Below are positions 19,703-28,214 of a DNA stretch of 64,000 nt, in pieces (position 1 is the stretch's first letter; each line of letters opens with the position of its first letter). Location of the stretch: positions 24,124 to 88,123 of the forward strand of contig JAFGEK010000219.1 of assembly GCA_016931625.1 (NCBI GenBank), in the 5' to 3' direction. This stretch comes from Deltaproteobacteria bacterium (GTDB taxonomy: Bacteria; Myxococcota; XYA12-FULL-58-9; JAFGEK01). The notes under the pieces were generated by a model, which saw nothing but the letters and a program-made list of their open reading frames with translations, ran no database searches and was not told the origin of the DNA. Position numbers and translations under genes: made by a program.

Positions 19703-20125
19703 TTACGGACAGCAACCAGTTGAATATTTGTTACTGCATTTACTACAAGTCTTTTGACATCCATCTTCTAAAGTACACTGTTTACAATCAACCGATGCAT
19801 ATGAACATTCGATTGCGTTTGCGGTACCAATCAATTTTTTGCACGTCGCACCATAAGCAGGTTTGCGCCAATCGCCGACTTTTACCGAGCATCCGCAAGA
19901 ACCAAAAGATTCCCATTCACCGTTGTTACAAATCTCAATGATAGTGCTTCCTGTTGCATAGCATTTATAGGATCCAGCTGGTGCTGAACCACAAGATTTA
20001 CCATGTGCCGAAACGTTATTACCATCAATACTATCGTCTTCTTCATCACCACATGACACAATGGCTAGCGCTAATATTGCGAAAACAATAAGATTAAAAC
20101 TGAACCAATTTTTTTTAACCCACAT
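19703..20125 (-). CDS. Small Cys-rich lipoprotein (hypothetical)
   Basis: 140 aa. Signal peptide with lipobox (LAIVSC). About 16 Cys in the mature part. AGGAG-like RBS (ttaggagaaataaatATG on the minus strand). Confidence 0.6.
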   Translation of the reverse strand: MWVKKNWFSFNLIVFAILALAIVSCGDEEDDSIDGNNVSAHGKSCGSAPAGSYKCYATGSTIIEICNNGEWESFGSCGCSVKVGDWRKPAYGATCKKLIGTANAIECSYASVDCKQCTLEDGCQKTCSKCSNKYSTGCCP

Positions 20126-20390
20126 ATTTATTTCTCCTAAGTGCTAACCGCTTATTGCTTAGTTGTCGGCAAAATACAACAAACCAAACAATAATTTTAT
20201 TTTGATTACAGATAAATTTGGTTTGCTGATAACACTACCCCCACATTTAGCTAGTTCTAACTAGGGCATACTTTTTGAAAATAAAAAACTCTTTTATTTC
20301 AATATAGTAATCTCGCTTGGCATCATTTAGCTTGGCTTGGGTTTTTCTTTTTACCCTGCTATTATCCATTTTATTTTAGGAGTTAGCACC

Positions 20391-20807
20391 ATGAAATCAC
20401 ATCGCCAAGAGTTGACATTCAACACCCCCCATCGTCGCGATTACATTAATATCACTTCAAAAGTACAAGCAGCACTTGCTGAGAGCGGGATTCGCGAGGG
20501 TCTCTGCCTAGTTAATGCCATGCACATAACTGCTAGCGTTTATATTAATGATGATGAGCCCGGCCTGATAAAAGACTATGACGACTGGCTTGAAGAGCTG
20601 GCGCCCCATGAGCCTATTGAGCATTACCGGCACAATGGCGCTGAAGACAATGGTGATGCTCACCTTAAAAGACAAATTATGGGACGCGAAGTAGTAATCG
20701 CTGTAACCAATGGCGAGCTTGATTTTGGCCCGTGGGAACAAATTTTTTATGCCGAGTTCGACGGGCGGCGCAAAAAACGCGTGCTGATAAAAATAATTGG
20801 CGAATAA
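20391..20807 (+). CDS. YjbQ/UPF0047 family protein (secondary thiamine-phosphate synthase-like)
   Basis: [12 protein letters not shown]...INIT..V......GI.EGLCLV...[12 protein letters not shown] is the characteristic family N-terminus. The ATG at 20391 has an AGGAG RBS, and the ORF-track TTG start at 20337 is probably too long. Confidence 0.85.
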   Translation: MKSHRQELTFNTPHRRDYINITSKVQAALAESGIREGLCLVNAMHITASVYINDDEPGLIKDYDDWLEELAPHEPIEHYRHNGAEDNGDAHLKRQIMGREVVIAVTNGELDFGPWEQIFYAEFDGRRKKRVLIKIIGE

Positions 20808-20812
20808 AAAAA

Positions 20813-21805
20813 TTAAGCTACGTTTGCTTTAACCCACTTTATTATTTCATCAACATAGGCGAAAGCCAAACCAACAACTGTATCAGCCGCACCATAGTAA
20901 ATCGCCATTCTGCCAGTAGGACCGTCAACTATGGCTGCACACGGAAATACTACATTGGGTACATCACCAACACATTCATATATTGTTTGCGGTGACATAA
21001 GATATGGTGCGGCGCGATAGCGCACAATCCATGGATTCTCAAGATCAAGTAAGGCTGCCCCCATGCTATAAATAAATCCATTACATGAAGTCAGCACCCC
21101 ATGAAATATAAGCAACCATCCTTCATTGGTTTCAATCGGTATTGGACCGGCACCAACCTTAGTATGACACCAGCGATGCGTGGTGCCCATAACATGACGA
21201 TGCTCACCCCAATGAATCATATCTATGCTATGTGATAAAAATATATCACCAAAAGATGTGTGACTATCATCGCTTGGGCGACTTAGCATAACGTATTTAC
21301 CATTGATTTTGCGTGGAAACAGCACGCCATTGCGATTAAATGGCAAAAATGAATTTTCTAATTGATGAAAAGTTTCAAAATTAAAAGTATAGGCTATACC
21401 AATGGTTGGCCCATGATATCCATTACACCAAGTTAAATAATAGCGGTCTTCAATCCATACAAGTCGCGGATCATAACGATAAATAAATTCAGCAATTTCC
21501 GGCTTGGCCCCAACAAACTCAATTGGTTTTTCATTAATTGACCACTTAATACCATCAGCACTTTCGCCATAATGCAGATTCATTATTCTTTGTTGGTCAT
21601 CGACCCGAAAAATACCAACGAATTTTCCATCGTGGGCAATAACTGCACTATTAAAGACGCTATTAGCCCCACTAAAAGGCGCGCGTGGTACTATCGGATT
21701 GCCAGAATAACGCCAAATTACATCGTTGTTTTCGGCGGATCTTTCTTGCCAGGGAATATTAGTAACTGCTGCGGTATTTATTGTAAGTGGCATGTCGCAT
21801 GCCAT
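20813..21805 (-). CDS. Glycoside hydrolase family 130 (mannoside phosphorylase-like)
   Basis: 330 aa. The pattern is GH130-like (PWQERS....VIWRYSGNPIV, FNSAVI, five-bladed propeller-like repeats). Confidence 0.75.
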   Translation of the reverse strand: MACDMPLTINTAAVTNIPWQERSAENNDVIWRYSGNPIVPRAPFSGANSVFNSAVIAHDGKFVGIFRVDDQQRIMNLHYGESADGIKWSINEKPIEFVGAKPEIAEFIYRYDPRLVWIEDRYYLTWCNGYHGPTIGIAYTFNFETFHQLENSFLPFNRNGVLFPRKINGKYVMLSRPSDDSHTSFGDIFLSHSIDMIHWGEHRHVMGTTHRWCHTKVGAGPIPIETNEGWLLIFHGVLTSCNGFIYSMGAALLDLENPWIVRYRAAPYLMSPQTIYECVGDVPNVVFPCAAIVDGPTGRMAIYYGAADTVVGLAFAYVDEIIKWVKANVA

Positions 21806-21862
21806 AGCATATAACTCATTAAAAATAAGCTTATGTTATGTATTTTTTAATTCTCTGAATAC

Positions 21863-23215
21863 TTACACCTCATGTTCAAGTAAAAACTGCTCCATAGTTA
21901 CACCACTAATATTGCCAGCAGTAAATTTATCTTTATTTATAACCAGCAACTGAGCGTGTGGAAAGGTTTGTACAAACCAACTAAATTCAAATGCACTAGC
22001 TTGACCATGTTTAACCTCAATGAACTTTTTAGAGTTAATAACAAAATCAAGTTCATGCTTTTTAGTTTGCCAAAATGGCAAATGTTCGGGAACATCATCT
22101 CCACGCACTGCAGCACGACTCCATAATTCTTGTGCAACTAGCCATTCAAAATATTTGCCTAATATTTCATGTGGCATATTCGCAAAAGCTTTCACCGTAT
22201 TAGGTGCATTAGCACTAAAGGCGATAGCCGCAAGCAAATTAACAAAAGGAAATTTTGCTGGACGACGAGACTGCACCACATTTCGCGAGGCATCCCAGGA
22301 ACCTGATATACCCACAATCATTAGATCTGCCAATAATTCAAGATAACCAGCAGCAACCGTATTGTTAGCTAATCCGGCTTCACGCGCAATTTTTGCCTGA
22401 CCTATAGGAGTAGTAGCAAAACGCATTAATGTTTGCATTAAAGTTATTAAAGTTGCTCGTTGTCTACCACTAGCAGCACACTCACCAAAAACCCAATCAC
22501 GAATTGTAGCAGTAACATAAGTTGGCAAATGCTTCTCGTTAACTAATGCTATTGCTGCCATGGGACAGCCACCAGTTAACATGTAACCGAACAATGTATA
22601 CTCTTTTAATTCATCACCCATTACCCGTTTAAATTCTTTATAAGGTACTGGAGTAAACAAATACTGAGTTCGTTTTAAACGACCTTTACGTCCTGGCAAT
22701 CTCTCAGCTCCACGACGCAAATCAGTAGCTTTTGAGCCGGTTGTTACTAATAAAACATTTTTTAATTCACCAGCATCGAACAATCGCTTAACGGCTTTTT
22801 CCCAGTTATCTATTGCGGTGATCTCATCTATGAATATGCGTCGTACCGTAGCATCGCGATGAAACAAATTATTTAGAATATGTAATTCATTAGTTAAAAC
22901 ATCAGCATCAGCAATCCAATCACCATTTAAATAAAACGTCGATGCAGAACCATATTCTCTGGCACTTAGGTAAGCTTGCTGCTCAAGCCATGTGCTTTTA
23001 CCATACTGGCGCGGTCCTCTGATTTGAATCAAACCTGATTGAGTTGGTAACTCTGGTAATCCAAAATCAAAATGAAAAATTACTGGCGCTGTATTTAACT
23101 CATCAAGATGCGGAAATAGCCCTGATTGGTCTATATTTCCATTGATTAATAGACTATTTATTTCTCTAACGTTCATAACGTTAATTAATTTAACGTTATA
23201 AACGTTAATTGTCAA
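21863..23215 (-). CDS. AAA-type ATPase with DUF4143-like C-terminal region
   Basis: Walker A IRGPRQYGKSTWL and Walker B RIFIDEI. The C-terminal ELDFV...EVK pattern is typical of the AAA_14/DUF4143 orphan ATPases. The start (23215 or ATG 23176) is uncertain. Confidence 0.75.
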   Translation of the reverse strand: MTINVYNVKLINVMNVREINSLLINGNIDQSGLFPHLDELNTAPVIFHFDFGLPELPTQSGLIQIRGPRQYGKSTWLEQQAYLSAREYGSASTFYLNGDWIADADVLTNELHILNNLFHRDATVRRIFIDEITAIDNWEKAVKRLFDAGELKNVLLVTTGSKATDLRRGAERLPGRKGRLKRTQYLFTPVPYKEFKRVMGDELKEYTLFGYMLTGGCPMAAIALVNEKHLPTYVTATIRDWVFGECAASGRQRATLITLMQTLMRFATTPIGQAKIAREAGLANNTVAAGYLELLADLMIVGISGSWDASRNVVQSRRPAKFPFVNLLAAIAFSANAPNTVKAFANMPHEILGKYFEWLVAQELWSRAAVRGDDVPEHLPFWQTKKHELDFVINSKKFIEVKHGQASAFEFSWFVQTFPHAQLLVINKDKFTAGNISGVTMEQFLLEHEV

Positions 23216-23250
23216 ATTTGTCTATTTTTTTAGTCAGTTGACTTCGTTTG

Positions 23251-23302
23251 GCATCACAATCGCAGCACCACAATCAGCACCACAATCAATCAACCACAAT
23301 CA
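23251..23302. repeat. Four tandem ~12-bp repeats (gcaccacaatca; two copies exact)
   Basis: gcatcacaatcg-ca-gcaccacaatca-gcaccacaatca-atcaaccacaatca, read directly. It lies in the divergent spacer between the DUF4143 ATPase and the AbrB-type antitoxin. Confidence 0.8.
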
Positions 23303-23303
23303 A

Positions 23304-23335
23304 TTGACATAATATTATTACATGATATCATGTAA
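23304..23335 (+). promoter_or_regulatory. Sigma-70-like promoter (TTGACA-16 bp-TATCAT) overlapped by an 18-bp perfect palindrome; probable TA operator
   Basis: TTGACA at 23304-23309 and TATCAT at 23326-23331. The palindrome ttacatgat|atcatgtaa is at 23318-23335 and ends 2 nt before the antitoxin ATG. There is no SD sequence, so the transcript may be leaderless. Confidence 0.55.
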
Positions 23336-23337
23336 TT

Positions 23338-23586
23338 ATGTCCGATAAAACAATCGTTACCATTCGTGGGCAAACATCTATTCCAGCTCGGTTGCGGCGC
23401 GAATATCGCATTGAGCCTGGTACCGAATTAGTATGGGAAGCAGCTGGTGAACATGAATGGCGTGTGTATATCGAACGTAAAACAGAGGTCCTACCAAATC
23501 CTACAGGCATGCTTGGTTTTGCACGCCAATTTCGCAAAACACGCTCTACAGAACAATGGATGCGCGAACTTCGAGAAGGCGAGTGA
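23338..23586 (+). CDS. AbrB/MazE/SpoVT-type antitoxin
   Basis: 82 aa. The N-terminal swapped-hairpin motif is VTIRGQTSIPARLRREYRIEPGTELVWE. It is directly followed by a PIN toxin gene. Confidence 0.8.
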   Translation: MSDKTIVTIRGQTSIPARLRREYRIEPGTELVWEAAGEHEWRVYIERKTEVLPNPTGMLGFARQFRKTRSTEQWMRELREGE

Positions 23587-23588
23587 TA

Positions 23589-24002
23589 ATGCTAGTAGTC
23601 GATACTTGTGTAATAATTGATATTGCTGATGCTGACCCGACATATGGCACATTATCAGCGCAGTGCTTAGAAGCGCATCTTAATCAAGGGTTAACAATTT
23701 CACCTATTTCTTATGTAGAACTTGCTCCCGTTTTTGACAATTCTACTCGCCTTTTGGATGAATTTCTTGATGGTGTTGGTATAGAAAAAAATGAGCAATT
23801 TTCCATCGCTGACCGATATGTCGCTTTTAACGCATGGGCTCGCCATATCATTGCCAAACGAACCAAAGTTACACATAAACGCCCAGTAGCCGATGCTCTA
23901 ATCGGTGCTTTAGCAATACGCCTTGACGGTATCATTACTCGCAATGGTAATGACTTTCGTTCATTTTATCCCAAACTTTTGGTTATCGATCCAAGTCATT
24001 GA
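23589..24002 (+). CDS. vapC: PIN-domain toxin (VapC family)
   Basis: MLVVDTCVIIDI (first acidic PIN residue) and ITRNGNDF at the C-terminus. The ATG lies 2 nt after the antitoxin stop. Confidence 0.85.
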   Translation: MLVVDTCVIIDIADADPTYGTLSAQCLEAHLNQGLTISPISYVELAPVFDNSTRLLDEFLDGVGIEKNEQFSIADRYVAFNAWARHIIAKRTKVTHKRPVADALIGALAIRLDGIITRNGNDFRSFYPKLLVIDPSH

Positions 24003-24183
24003 CTTTTTATAAGTTAACGGTTTTTCAAGACCAATACCACTAAGTGTAAAATATTTTAGAAAAAATTACCCTCCTAATGCTTGAAATATCTACTTTCTGC
24101 CCTTTATTCCGAGCACGAACAGTTGCGCTATTAGGCCATCTTGCGCTAGCGCAAGTTGCACAAAAATTAATCATGAGGATCAA

Positions 24184-26148
24184 ATGAGCGAGCAAAAACA
24201 TACATTTACTGCCGAAGTGCAAGAACTATTGCATCTTATGGTTCATTCTCTTTATTCTAATAAAGACATTTTTTTACGTGAGCTGATTTCAAACAGCTCT
24301 GATGCTCTTGATAAACTGCGACTTTTAGGCATAACTCAAAAAGAGTTATTACCCAATGACGAGCTGCATATTCGTCTCGAACTTAATAAAGATAATAAAA
24401 CCTTAACCATACACGACAATGGTATTGGTATGAGCCGCGATGATCTTATTAAAGAAATCGGTACCATTGCTCACTCAGGTACACAAAGTTTTCTTGCCAC
24501 AATGAAGGAGCGGGCCCAAAACCAAACTGATAATGCAAATGCAGCGCCTGATCTCATTGGTCAATTTGGTGTTGGTTTTTATTCAACCTTTATGGTCGCC
24601 AAAAAGGTCACCATAATTACCCGACGGGCTGGCGAGGATACTGCCACCAAATGGGAGTCTACCGGCGACGGCACTTATACAATTGACGATGCTCAAAAAT
24701 CCGAAACTGGCACTATTATTACCTTAGCGCTTAAAGACGTTGACGAAGAAGATGGGCTGAAAGATTATACTGACCCCTGGGTAATTAAAGATATTGTTAA
24801 GAAGCATTCAGATTTTGTCAGTTATCCGATTCGTATGATGGTTGAGCATCAAGAACCGGTGCTCGATGATAAAGGAAAAATCGTAGAAAATACGGTACCC
24901 AAGATTATCAAAAAAGACGAAGTCCTAAATTCCATGAAAGCAATTTGGACACGTCCGCGCAGCGAAGTTAAAGACGAAGAATATAAAGAATTCTACCACC
25001 ATATTACTCATGATTATGGTGATCCGCTTGAGATTATTACCGCAAATATGGAGGGTAATTTCTCAGCCCGTCTCTTACTGTTTATCCCGCCTAAAGCACC
25101 ATTTGACCTCTATTATCGTGATAAAATCAGCAAAGGCGTGCAACTATATGTCAAACGGGTTTTCATACTTGATGATTGGAAGGCCCTGTTGCCTGAATGG
25201 CTGCGCTTTGTCAAAGGTGTTATTGACTCTGAAGATTTGTCGTTAAATGTATCGCGTGAAATCCTCCAACAAGACCGTCAAATTCAAGCCATAAAAAAAT
25301 TCGCGGTGAAAAAAGTTCTTGATGCGATTGAAAACATCAAGAGCAAACGACCTGATGATATGAAAAAATTATGGCAAGAATTTGGCCCAGTGCTTAAAGA
25401 AGGGCTAACTCTTGGTGATAAATCAGGTGAGCGTATTTTAGAGTTTATGCTTTGTCAGTCGACCAATAGTAATGAGCCGACCTTTTTAAACGATTACGTA
25501 GAACGTATGCCAGAAAAGCAAGAAGGTATTTATTATCTTGCTGGTTCTTCATTAGATGTACTCAAAGGTTCACCACACCTTGAAGCTTTTAAAGCTAAGA
25601 GTCTTGAGGTGTTATTATTTACGGATCCCATCGATCAATTCTGGTTGCAAAGCCATCTTGCCTATAAAGATAAAAAGTTCATCCCGATTGATAAGGGCGC
25701 TATCGATCTTGAAGCAGATGCCGACAAAGAAGTCGCTGATAAAACTAAAAAAGAAATGGATGAAGCACATTACAAAGATCTGTTGCAATGCTTACGCTCG
25801 CATCTTCAAGATGATATTAAAGAAGTGCGACTTTCAGGTCGCTTAACCGATAGTGCTGCTTGTTTGGTTGGTGATACGCATGATCTTACCCCACAAATGG
25901 AAGAAATCATGCAACGACTTGGGCAACAAATTCCGAAAACTAAGCGTATTTTAGAGTTAAATCGCAATCATCCCTTTATTGAAAAACTGCATGCTATTCA
26001 TGCAACAGACCCCAAAGCAAACGATCTCGAGATTTATGCCAAGTTGCTATATGGCCAAGCCGTACTAGCTGAGGGTGGCAAACTTGCAAATCCAGGTGCC
26101 TATAGCCGCTTAATTATGGATGTGGCAACTAAAGCTGCTGCTAACTAA
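24184..26148 (+). CDS. htpG: Molecular chaperone HtpG (Hsp90)
   Basis: FTAEVQELLHLMVHSLYSNKDIFLRELISNSSDALDK, IGQFGVGFYS and the full-length architecture (654 aa). Confidence 0.97.
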   Translation: MSEQKHTFTAEVQELLHLMVHSLYSNKDIFLRELISNSSDALDKLRLLGITQKELLPNDELHIRLELNKDNKTLTIHDNGIGMSRDDLIKEIGTIAHSGTQSFLATMKERAQNQTDNANAAPDLIGQFGVGFYSTFMVAKKVTIITRRAGEDTATKWESTGDGTYTIDDAQKSETGTIITLALKDVDEEDGLKDYTDPWVIKDIVKKHSDFVSYPIRMMVEHQEPVLDDKGKIVENTVPKIIKKDEVLNSMKAIWTRPRSEVKDEEYKEFYHHITHDYGDPLEIITANMEGNFSARLLLFIPPKAPFDLYYRDKISKGVQLYVKRVFILDDWKALLPEWLRFVKGVIDSEDLSLNVSREILQQDRQIQAIKKFAVKKVLDAIENIKSKRPDDMKKLWQEFGPVLKEGLTLGDKSGERILEFMLCQSTNSNEPTFLNDYVERMPEKQEGIYYLAGSSLDVLKGSPHLEAFKAKSLEVLLFTDPIDQFWLQSHLAYKDKKFIPIDKGAIDLEADADKEVADKTKKEMDEAHYKDLLQCLRSHLQDDIKEVRLSGRLTDSAACLVGDTHDLTPQMEEIMQRLGQQIPKTKRILELNRNHPFIEKLHAIHATDPKANDLEIYAKLLYGQAVLAEGGKLANPGAYSRLIMDVATKAAAN

Positions 26149-26355
26149 AAGTTATATTTAGTTTGTAAAAACGAACGGTTAATGCTTGACTTGCCGCATC
26201 CCAAGCGAGATCTATAAACCGCGCTATCTGTTATAGCAACTGGTGTCTTTATATAGTTAAACATTTGCTATATGAGTCACATCTGCAGCGCATGAAAACC
26301 TGATTATCGGCCACATAGGGTGTTGCCGATGCGGGGTGCAGCTTTAAAGTAGCTA

Positions 26356-26538
26356 GGGGGTGTCCCTAAATTGTTGGACCGAAAAATTCACGAAAGCCGC
26401 GTAAACGATGGCCGCGCGCTTAAGCAAAATCATGCAAAAGGCTTGCTTATAGCAAGTCGCAGGCAGGATTTTTGCGGGCACGCGGTCGTAAGTAGCGGAT
26501 TTCGTGAAGATCGACTGGAGACATTTAGGGACACCCCC
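26356..26538. repeat. 16-bp perfect inverted repeat (gggggtgtccctaaat / atttagggacaccccc) enclosing ~151 bp; MITE-like element or structured RNA
   Basis: The arms at 26356-26371 and 26523-26538 were read directly. Inner segments also pair (ttcacgaaa/tttcgtgaa, cttgc/gcaag). The core tagggggtgtcccta recurs at 51503-51517. Confidence 0.6.
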
Positions 26539-26561
26539 AATTATTCCTGGCGGAGAGAAAC

Positions 26562-27389
26562 ATGATTAAGTTGTCGCTAAAGTTGTTGCTGCGTGGCGTT
26601 ATAGTCATCGGATTTGCTGCTTGTACGGGCTCAACTGCTGAAATCGCTAAAGAAATGGTTGACGCTATAAATACTAAAAATTCCGAGGCTGCCACAGCAT
26701 TGCTTGCGCCTGAAGCAATGAGCGCTCTGACGCCAGTTGTAGAAGAACTTATAGCACAAAACTCAAAGCTTGAATTGGTAGGTGATTATACAGTGAAAAG
26801 TCGTCACGCAAACGCCCAGTACAAAGTGACTAATGATGAACTTATCAAGCTTGGTATCACTGCGGTAGAAGCCACTCTTGAAACTGTAGTTATCAACAAA
26901 AAACTAACCGATTTTAGATTAGTATATACTGCTGAAACACAAGCAAAAATTACTGAAGCTGAATTAAAAGATACCATTAAAATCATCGACGATTTTGAAA
27001 ATGCTATAAATGAAAAAAATATTGATGCTGCACTTGCTCTGTTAAGTCCTGAAGCGAAAATAATTAGCTTGGATAACACGCAACTTAGTAATCAAGAAGA
27101 AATTAAAGCCTATTTAACCCAATTAGCCGCGCAAAATTTTAAAATTGAAAAAGCTGAAAAGAAAATTGAAGATGACAAATTCGTGTGGCAAAGCAAAGTG
27201 CAGACCGCTGATTGGACAAAAGCAAAACTTGAACCTCTTGATGTTACTGGGCAAGCCACTATTATTGACAGCAAAATTATAAGTTATGGCATTGCCCTTA
27301 CTGAAGAAGCGCTAAACAAATTGCAACAAGCTGCTGCTGCAGCTCAAGCCACAGAAGCAAAAGATAGCAAAAAGAGTAAAAAACACTAA
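26562..27389 (+). CDS. Lipoprotein with two NTF2/SnoaL-like repeats (hypothetical)
   Basis: Lipobox GFAAC. The internal duplication is (AKEMVDAINTKNSEAATALLAPEA / IIDDFENAINEKNIDAALALLSPEA). The C-terminal tail is Lys-rich. Confidence 0.6.
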   Translation: MIKLSLKLLLRGVIVIGFAACTGSTAEIAKEMVDAINTKNSEAATALLAPEAMSALTPVVEELIAQNSKLELVGDYTVKSRHANAQYKVTNDELIKLGITAVEATLETVVINKKLTDFRLVYTAETQAKITEAELKDTIKIIDDFENAINEKNIDAALALLSPEAKIISLDNTQLSNQEEIKAYLTQLAAQNFKIEKAEKKIEDDKFVWQSKVQTADWTKAKLEPLDVTGQATIIDSKIISYGIALTEEALNKLQQAAAAAQATEAKDSKKSKKH

Positions 27390-27429
27390 AGAAATCTAGC
27401 TCACCTATTTGATTGAGTTATTCTATTGA

Positions 27430-27858
27430 TTATATTAGAGGGTTAAGCACTTGCATACCATCAAAGCGACTAAAATCACGGTCGCAAGTGCATAAAATGG
27501 CGCCATGTTCTATGGCAAGCGCGGCTAAATGAGCATCTGGTATGAGATTACCGTTGGCTTGACCATCTTGTATAAGCTTTTTAAAAATTTGCCAATGGCG
27601 ATTAGTCGGATGCAAATAATCAACCATTGGCCTCGCAAACCAACTCTCAACATGTTTAGCAGCATCAGCAATTAAAAAAGGCTTGTGCAATAAGCGGGGA
27701 TGAGTACTTATTCGTAAAAAAGCTAATACAGTTGACCATGCTAAACGTATTTGTCGGTCATTTGATAAACAATCTTCCCACCAATGACACGCTACTTTAT
27801 GAAAAGGCGAAATGCTATCATACACGTATAAAATAATATTAGCATCTACTAAATACAT
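27430..27858 (-). CDS. vapC: PIN-domain toxin (VapC family)
   Basis: MYLVDANIILY...IPDAHLAALAIEHGAILCTCDRDFSRF. It is preceded by an antitoxin gene with a 2-nt gap. Confidence 0.9.
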   Translation of the reverse strand: MYLVDANIILYVYDSISPFHKVACHWWEDCLSNDRQIRLAWSTVLAFLRISTHPRLLHKPFLIADAAKHVESWFARPMVDYLHPTNRHWQIFKKLIQDGQANGNLIPDAHLAALAIEHGAILCTCDRDFSRFDGMQVLNPLI

Positions 27859-27860
27859 TA

Positions 27861-28094
27861 TTACCGCTCAGCCATTTCTAATAATTCACCAATGTTGTCG
27901 TAAGATAATCCATCACGTAATCCTAGAGGTCGTGCTTGTACTTTAAAGCGCGGTAATGCTTTAAATGATTTTTTGCAAGTTAATCCATCACGTAACGTCT
28001 CATTAACTACTAGCTTGAATGATTTGCCACTTAGGCGACGACGCTCATCGAGCTTGGTGGCAATATCTTCATCGATGGTTAAAGTTGTGCGCAT
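27861..28094 (-). CDS. vapB: VapB-type antitoxin (MRTTLTIDED family)
   Basis: 77 aa. The N-terminus MRTTLTIDEDIATKLDERRR is typical of the VapB antitoxin family that pairs with this VapC type. Confidence 0.8.
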   Translation of the reverse strand: MRTTLTIDEDIATKLDERRRLSGKSFKLVVNETLRDGLTCKKSFKALPRFKVQARPLGLRDGLSYDNIGELLEMAER

Positions 28095-28127
28095 ATCATG
28101 ATGCTATCAAATAGACATCATGATGTC
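28095..28127 (-). promoter_or_regulatory. Palindromic operator-like sites upstream of vapB (ATCATGAT twice; 14-bp palindrome gacatcatgatgtc)
   Basis: ATCATGAT at 28095-28102 (abutting the start codon) and at 28117-24, the latter inside the perfect palindrome at 28114-28127. Confidence 0.5.
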
Positions 28128-28214
28128 TAGTCCTCAACTTTTCGATTTCGCAACTGATAAAATACCATAAAATGACACAAGTTATATTTTGGCTATTGGT
28201 AAGCTTTAATCCCC

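Noticed and set aside
21863-23215. DUF4143-type AAA ATPase as part of a defence island with the adjacent TA module
   Set aside because: These ATPases are widespread stand-alone orphans. It is divergently transcribed from the TA pair, and no nuclease, methylase or other defence-type partner is adjacent.
26150-26561. Retron msr/msd or riboswitch interpretation of the inverted-repeat structure
   Set aside because: No reverse transcriptase gene is adjacent; the downstream gene is an ordinary lipoprotein. I recognise no riboswitch core motif. The third, solo copy of the repeat at 51503 argues for a dispersed repeat instead.
26371-26565. 64-aa plus-strand ORF in the htpG downstream spacer
   Set aside because: It lies entirely inside the inverted-repeat element, starts with TTG without an RBS, and has an Arg/Gly-rich composition typical of a GC-rich non-coding read-through. 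It also overlaps the start of the downstream lipoprotein gene.
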